A DNA stretch of 64,000 bases from positions 3,488,001 to 3,552,000 of the forward strand of contig OY764216.1 in assembly GCA_963668315.1 (NCBI GenBank). The letters are read 5' to 3'. This document shows positions 58,678-64,000 of this stretch, one piece after another. The notes under the pieces are model-generated. The model saw nothing but the letters and a program-made list of their open reading frames with translations, searched no databases and had not been told where the DNA came from. How positions within the stretch are numbered: position 1 is the stretch's first letter; each line of letters opens with the position of its first letter. Position numbers and translations under genes: made by a program. Origin of the DNA: Spirochaetia bacterium. Its GTDB lineage: Bacteria > Spirochaetota > Spirochaetia > DSM-2461.

Positions 58678-60393
58678 ATGCCTTATATATGTAAAAAAAT
58701 GATTTTCCTTTCCTGCTTTTTTATTCTGATGAATCAGATTTACTCCATTTCTCAAATTGATTCGGAAGACAGTAATTTCAGTACTTTGACTGCCATGAAC
58801 GATGAGGAGTGGAATTCCCTTATACCCGAAGAAGTGCATTTGTTGTATCAGAACGGTTTGACAGAAGATCCCCCCTTTCGCACAAGCCAGTTTTTTACCG
58901 TGGATTTGATAAATACCGATTTGTCATCCCGTCTGATCCTGGAATTTCAGCCCCAGGTGGAATGGCTTTCCCTTTACTACTATTCACCGTCCTCCCATAG
59001 GTGGGTGGAAGAGATTTCCGGCGATCAGATAGCCATGAATCATAGGTCGATGCCCTACATCTCCGTAATAATTCCCGTGGAGACAGAAAAAAGAGAAGAT
59101 CTCCCCCTATACATATGCGTCAGGGACTTTCAGGAGAAACATGTTAAAATAAGAGTGTTAACTCCCCGGATTTTTTTACTGAACATAGGCCGTCACAATG
59201 CCTTCTATTATTTTGCCTACAGTTTCATTCTCATTATAGCTCTCTATCATCTTTTCCTTTATTTCACCGGTAAAAAGAGGTTCTTTCTTTACTACGCCTT
59301 AATTATGATATGTCTGGTCATGACCCGGATGGGAAAAAACAGAGACTTAACTTATCTCTTTCTCCGGGATTCACCCTACGGGTATTTTGTCTATATCTTT
59401 TTTACTTCCCTCATTGTTATTTTCAGTCTGCTTTTCCTAAAATCCTATTTCAGTCTGTCATGGAAGAGCAGGGAAGGGAAAATCATGGCCATAATGGCTC
59501 TCCTTTTCGCCGCGGCCGCCTCCTTTTCCCTTGTAAATCCCGCCCCTTTCCTGGGGCGGATCATCAATCTGATGATTCTCCCCGTTCTCCTATTCTGCCT
59601 CTTTCTGATCATTCGGGAAAGTGTAGAAAAAAAACTGTCCTCCCGCCTCTTTCTCTTAAGTTTTATTCCCCTGATTGGCGGAGCCATACTGGAGAATCTC
59701 TTTATGTATCTTGACGCCTTACCCATGTACAGGCAGGGTGCCATCACCCTGACGGGTACTGTAATCCATACGATAATGATGAGCTACAGTCTGGCAAAAC
59801 AGCAGTCCGATCTGGACAGGCTTTATGAAGATCTGCGATATTCCTTTAACAATAAGCTGGATTATCATGTGAGGGAACGAACCCGTGAATTGGAAAAAAG
59901 CGCAACCCATGACGGCCTGACAGGCTTATATAATCGTATCAGTCTGGAAAGAACAATTAAGGATTTGGAAAAGAACGCCGTCGGTAAGCTGGGAATTCTC
60001 TTTGCCGATCTTGATAATTTCAAATATTACAATGATGTCTTCGGGCATGATGCGGGGGACCGTATTCTTGTGAAGGTTGCCGTCCATATCAGGAATCAGT
60101 TTCGCCAGCAGGATATGATTTTCCGATTCGGCGGGGATGAATTTCTCATATTGATGCCCGATACAGACTTAGTGCAGGGCGAGAAATTAAGCACCCGTCT
60201 CCATCGGGCGTTTCAGGATCTCATAGAAGAGATTCATAATGAACTGGATGAAGCCGAAGGCTGTCTGGGGATTTCCATGGGGCTGGCATGCTGGCAGCCG
60301 GGAACCTCGCTCAGGGAATCGATTTCCCTGGCAGATCAGAAGCTTCTCTCCGCCAAGGCTGAAGGTAAAAACCGGCTTATGATACATGGGTAA
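58678..60393 (+). CDS. 7TM-DISM sensor diguanylate cyclase
   Basis: Extracellular DISMED2-like region (SGDQIAMNHRS), 7 TM helices, DGLTGLYNR, RQQD, GGDEF; start may be 58699. Confidence 0.88.
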   Translation: MPYICKKMIFLSCFFILMNQIYSISQIDSEDSNFSTLTAMNDEEWNSLIPEEVHLLYQNGLTEDPPFRTSQFFTVDLINTDLSSRLILEFQPQVEWLSLYYYSPSSHRWVEEISGDQIAMNHRSMPYISVIIPVETEKREDLPLYICVRDFQEKHVKIRVLTPRIFLLNIGRHNAFYYFAYSFILIIALYHLFLYFTGKKRFFLYYALIMICLVMTRMGKNRDLTYLFLRDSPYGYFVYIFFTSLIVIFSLLFLKSYFSLSWKSREGKIMAIMALLFAAAASFSLVNPAPFLGRIINLMILPVLLFCLFLIIRESVEKKLSSRLFLLSFIPLIGGAILENLFMYLDALPMYRQGAITLTGTVIHTIMMSYSLAKQQSDLDRLYEDLRYSFNNKLDYHVRERTRELEKSATHDGLTGLYNRISLERTIKDLEKNAVGKLGILFADLDNFKYYNDVFGHDAGDRILVKVAVHIRNQFRQQDMIFRFGGDEFLILMPDTDLVQGEKLSTRLHRAFQDLIEEIHNELDEAEGCLGISMGLACWQPGTSLRESISLADQKLLSAKAEGKNRLMIHG

Positions 60394-60416
60394 GAAGATA
60401 CACCCCATGCTCGCGG

Positions 60417-61685
60417 TTAAACCGCATCTTTAATGATTCTCTTCACATGGCGCCTCGGTTCCTTCATCCGGGCAAAGAAGAAGAGGGAACAGAGAGAGCA
60501 CACCAGGCAAATGAGAAAAACAGGTCTGTAGCCCCATGTTCTGGCCATCATGGCAAAGACAATGATCAGAAGGGAAGCTCCCCCGACAAATAAACCCACA
60601 AGACCCATATAAACGGGGATCTCATGCTCTTCACCGAATTCCATGGGCAGCGCCTGGGTGCTCACGCTCTGAATGCACAATACCAGCGCTCCCAGGATGA
60701 TCGTGGACAGGGAGATCATATAGCTATCAGAAAAGACGATGACCCCCGTGCTCACCACCAGGGCGGCGGCGGCGATATAGTGGTTGAAGAGATGTCCCTT
60801 TTTGTCGGCGATCAGTCCCAGAAGGGGATTGGCCACGAGAAAAGTCGCCGCCGTGAGAACCGTGAATAACCCTACCGTGCTCCCGGGAAGATCATATTTC
60901 TTCATGATATAAACGGCATAGTAGTTAATGGAAGCGTAGGCCAGGGTATAGAAAACCCGCCCGATGATATAACGGCGCAGATTCTTATTTTCCCGGAGCA
61001 GGAGAACAAGACTCCGGCAGAAATCCTTACGGTTCTGCAGCCGGGGATCCTTCACCTCTTTGCCGTCCGGTTCAATCATATAGTGAAAGACGGGTAGATA
61101 AATCATCAGGATGGCGAAACCGATGAGCATCAGGACAGCGTAATTCCGGGGGGAGGGAACCGTTTCCAGGAGAAGTTTTATCGAGGCGCCGCAGAAAAAG
61201 CCGATGAGGTAACTTAAAAGATTCCTCAGGGCAAATAGTCGCCCCCTCATGGTCACGGGAATAGTCTTCGCCGTGTAGTACAGATAGGAAGGAAGAGACA
61301 TCCCTGAACCCAGATTAACAAGGAATACGGCTATCAGCAGGGAGGCCACCGCCATGCGGGGATACTGTCCGGCCCAGATGAAGCATAGCAGGCCGGAAAG
61401 TCCCCAGGGGATCCTCTGGATAAGCCCTATCTGCACAAGCCAGGGCTTCTGCCTGACAAAGCCCTGAATCCGCCGGGCGACGAAAATGGAAGGAAAAAAG
61501 GCTCCGATATTTTTTAACGCCGGGATAAGGGATATCCAGAAGGAGGAAGCTCCCAGTTCATCCATATAGACGGGAATGATATTTTCCTGGGACAGAAAAA
61601 ACATTCCCAGAAAGAAGGTAATTCCATCGACTGCATTCAAGGCAAAATTACGTTTTACATGTGATTTTTCTTCCATGATCTTCAT
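60417..61685 (-). CDS. MFS transporter
   Basis: About 12 TMs; IPVTMRGRLFA, GLIADKKGH loop motifs. Confidence 0.85.
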   Translation of the reverse strand: MKIMEEKSHVKRNFALNAVDGITFFLGMFFLSQENIIPVYMDELGASSFWISLIPALKNIGAFFPSIFVARRIQGFVRQKPWLVQIGLIQRIPWGLSGLLCFIWAGQYPRMAVASLLIAVFLVNLGSGMSLPSYLYYTAKTIPVTMRGRLFALRNLLSYLIGFFCGASIKLLLETVPSPRNYAVLMLIGFAILMIYLPVFHYMIEPDGKEVKDPRLQNRKDFCRSLVLLLRENKNLRRYIIGRVFYTLAYASINYYAVYIMKKYDLPGSTVGLFTVLTAATFLVANPLLGLIADKKGHLFNHYIAAAALVVSTGVIVFSDSYMISLSTIILGALVLCIQSVSTQALPMEFGEEHEIPVYMGLVGLFVGGASLLIIVFAMMARTWGYRPVFLICLVCSLCSLFFFARMKEPRRHVKRIIKDAV

Positions 61686-61802
61686 GTACTCCTATGTATC
61701 GAAGGACGATTATAGAGTATTTCCCCCTCTTAGAACAGCTCATTGCGCTCTCTAGGCCGACAGTCCCTGCAGATTTATCCGCCCCCAGAAGTTCAAAATC
61801 AG

Positions 61803-61831
61803 TTGCCCGGCCTGCCGGTTCGATATATAAT
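61803..61831 (+). promoter_or_regulatory. Sigma70 promoter giving probable leaderless mRNA
   Basis: TTGCCC-17nt-TATAAT, 5 nt before ATG, no SD. Confidence 0.65.
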
Positions 61832-61836
61832 GGGCC

Positions 61837-62718
61837 ATGACATATTTTTTCTTGTTTCTGACGACATCTATCTGGGGTAGTTTATATGTCGTGACCAAAA
61901 TAGCCCTGGAAGAGATTCCCCCGGTAACTCTTCTTTTTTTCCGTTATATCATCGCTTCCCTGACACTGTTTACAACCATCAAAGTCTCCGGAAAAAATCT
62001 GAAAATATCTCCCTCCGATATTCCCCGGATCCTATTTATCGGTGTAATCGGCTGTTTTGTCGGGGTCGGGCTTCAGATATGGGGAACAAAATTCTGCGGA
62101 TCCTCACTGGCGTCCCTGGTGAATAGCTTGAATCCCGTCTTCATCAGCTTGTTCGCCTCCCTCTATTTGTCTGAGAAAATTACCCTCAGAAAAATGATTT
62201 CCATAGCCATGGGTCTGACCGGAGTCTACCTGATTGTGTTCAATCAGAAAAATTTCGAGATCAAAGTGGGGGTGATTTTCTCCCTCCTTTCCATTCTCTC
62301 CTGGTCGGCTTCGTCGGTGGCCACGAAAAAACTGACCGAAAAGAAAGACTCCATGGTCGTAACGGCCTGGGGAATCTGGGTTGCCACACTGTTCTGTTTT
62401 CCCGCCAGTCTCATTGAGCTGAATATTACCCGGGGATATACCCTGTTTTCCCCGTCATCCCTGGGGTGCGTGCTTTATCTCGGAACCATAGGCACCGCTC
62501 TGCCCAATATTCTGTGGAACAGAAGCCTCTCCCGGATTGACGCCAGTATCTGTTCCCTTTTTTATCCGGTGCAGCCCCTGGTCTCTATTTTTCTGGGGAT
62601 CCTGATTTTTAAAGAGAGTGTAAGCACCCAGTTCCTGCTGGGCACCCTGATTATCATCTCCGGTCTGTTTATCGGCCTGACAAAGAAAAAAATGCAGCTG
62701 GTAAAAAGTCCACTTTGA
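61837..62718 (+). CDS. DMT/EamA-family transporter
   Basis: IWGS, PP..LLFFR, LNPVF, LSEKI, QPLV..LG...FKE; two EamA repeats. Confidence 0.92.
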   Translation: MTYFFLFLTTSIWGSLYVVTKIALEEIPPVTLLFFRYIIASLTLFTTIKVSGKNLKISPSDIPRILFIGVIGCFVGVGLQIWGTKFCGSSLASLVNSLNPVFISLFASLYLSEKITLRKMISIAMGLTGVYLIVFNQKNFEIKVGVIFSLLSILSWSASSVATKKLTEKKDSMVVTAWGIWVATLFCFPASLIELNITRGYTLFSPSSLGCVLYLGTIGTALPNILWNRSLSRIDASICSLFYPVQPLVSIFLGILIFKESVSTQFLLGTLIIISGLFIGLTKKKMQLVKSPL

Positions 62719-62786
62719 CTGAATGGTCTGATCATAAAAAAGAGACTTTTTACCCGAAGAGACGTTTTTTTTATGATATAATACAC

Positions 62787-64000
62787 ATGGATATGGCTAA
62801 ACAGCTACGCTATTTCACAAAACTTTTTATTGCCTTCCTGCTCACAGGTATCATTCCCGTGGCCCTGATGAGTACGGTCTTCGCCTTTCTATCGGGAAAT
62901 ATCATGAAGGGCTCCTATAAACAGCAGGCGCAGATTTCGATTAAAAGGATCAGCGAAGATCTCGACGAACAGCTGGAACGGCTCAGGCATACGGTCTATC
63001 AGCTGAGCGCGGACAGACTCATACTTGATTCGGTGGAAGGAGACAGAAGCCCGGACAAACCGGAACTTCTTCTGCTGTATCAGAAAATGTACCAGTCCCT
63101 TACCGGACATATCGACCACGCGTCCCTTCATATCATCAGCCTCACATCCTTTCCCTCCATTTCGACACAGCAAATTCCCGATTCCTACCGGGGGGCCGGC
63201 AGTGAAGCGGCGGGGGGACTTTTTGATCAGGCCAGATCCCGTCCGGAGAAAACCTTCGCCCGGTTCAACAGTCTGATTAACAGTCGGGGCGATGCGGTGA
63301 TGATGACCTTCTGCAAAGCCCTGACTGGATCTTCCGGCCGTCTGATCGGCTTCATTGTCCTGGATATCAATAAGAAATATCTGGCGGAAGCGGCGGAAAG
63401 GGCCAACGGGGAGTTTTTTTCCCAGATCCTTTTCGTGGATCCCCTCAACAATCTGATGGTGGATCTGAATCATGACCAGAACGACGGAAATTTCAGTAGC
63501 ATGCCCGACCTGGCGTTTATTCCCCTGGATAATCCCGGTTTCGTGACCAGAGAGAACAGGATGATTGTCCACCATCCCCTGGAGATTTCCCCCTTTCAGA
63601 TAGCCGGCTCCGTTCCCATGAGTGTCGTCATGTCCAATCTCGCCTATCTGATCAGGATCACGCTCTGGATTTTCCTTCTCTGCCTGATCCTGGCGGTGAC
63701 CCTGGCCTACCTGATCTCCCGCTCCATCTCCCGCCCGGTTCACAGCCTTTCCCTTGCGATGGAAAGTGTTGAATCGGGCGATCTGACGGTGAGGATGGTT
63801 CCGGACCGGGGTGACGAGATCGGAATTCTCTACAGAAGATTCAATATGATGACCAGCCGGATCGAAAGCCTTGTCCGCGAGACAAAGGATGAGCAGGAAC
63901 AGTTGCGAATCGCCGAAAGGAGAGCTCTTCAGGCCCAGATAAATCCCCATTTTCTCTATAATACGCTCAATACCATCAAATCCCTCGCCAAGCTGAATGA
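62787..64000 (+). CDS. YesM/LytS-type sensor histidine kinase, 3'-truncated (absent from ORF track)
   Basis: Manual translation of both ends: MDMAKQLRYFTKLFIAFLLTGIIPVAL...HAMP DEIGILYRRFNMM...ALQAQINPHFLYNTLN, same frame; start 62787 or 62793. Confidence 0.9.
   Translation, partial: MDMAKQLRYFTKLFIAFLLTGIIPVALMSTVFAFLSGNIMKGSYKQQAQISIKRISEDLDEQLERLRHTVYQLSADRLILDSVEGDRSPDKPELLLLYQKMYQSLTGHIDHASLHIISLTSFPSISTQQIPDSYRGAGSEAAGGLFDQARSRPEKTFARFNSLINSRGDAVMMTFCKALTGSSGRLIGFIVLDINKKYLAEAAERANGEFFSQILFVDPLNNLMVDLNHDQNDGNFSSMPDLAFIPLDNPGFVTRENRMIVHHPLEISPFQIAGSVPMSVVMSNLAYLIRITLWIFLLCLILAVTLAYLISRSISRPVHSLSLAMESVESGDLTVRMVPDRGDEIGILYRRFNMMTSRIESLVRETKDEQEQLRIAERRALQAQINPHFLYNTLNTIKSLAKLN

Noticed and set aside
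62731..62777. ATCATAAAAAA-N25-TTTTTTATGAT inverted repeat
   Set aside because: Low-complexity arms and a long loop; cannot be distinguished from chance or a weak terminator
62889..63950. 353-aa - strand ORF in the track
   Set aside because: The real gene is the + strand histidine kinase (QINPHFLYNTL) running off the window

Overview
Gene-dense chromosomal window, probably from an anaerobic Spirochaetaceae member. The taxon is inferred from a PlzA-like protein and a Cys-less 'AANGKGE' solute-binding-protein N-terminus. No rRNA, tRNA, CRISPR array, integrase or transposase was seen. Contents in order: (1) an MCP and a Na/Pi cotransporter; (2) a sugar-utilisation locus (O-acetylesterase, cytoplasmic LacI-sensor histidine kinase with NarL-type regulator, PfkB kinase, ABC importer, GH3, GntR/AraR-type regulator, GH127); (3) a queuosine-precursor transporter behind a variant preQ1-I riboswitch; (4) serine hydrolase, DUF362 and GH31; (5) an Amt-HAMP-GGDEF fusion behind a sigma54-type promoter; (6) a D-2-hydroxyacid dehydrogenase/YheO-regulator pair and a MarR/ABC exporter; (7) a speA-CASDH-nspC-speB polyamine operon; (8) a second MCP; (9) a 13.5-kb dpaL-ygeY-amidohydrolase-PreA-like-two Mo-hydroxylases-XRE/cupin-XanQ-like catabolic cluster; (10) an Ig-repeat/DUF285 surface lipoprotein beside rlmD; (11) a c-di-GMP neighbourhood; (12) MFS, EamA and a truncated YesM-type kinase. 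The best candidate for an undescribed system is cluster (9). It looks like a rewired anaerobic purine/pyrimidine pathway lacking ygfK/ssnA/hyuA/ygeW in this window, with its own repeated operator. All calls come from motif recognition by eye; no database searches were run.
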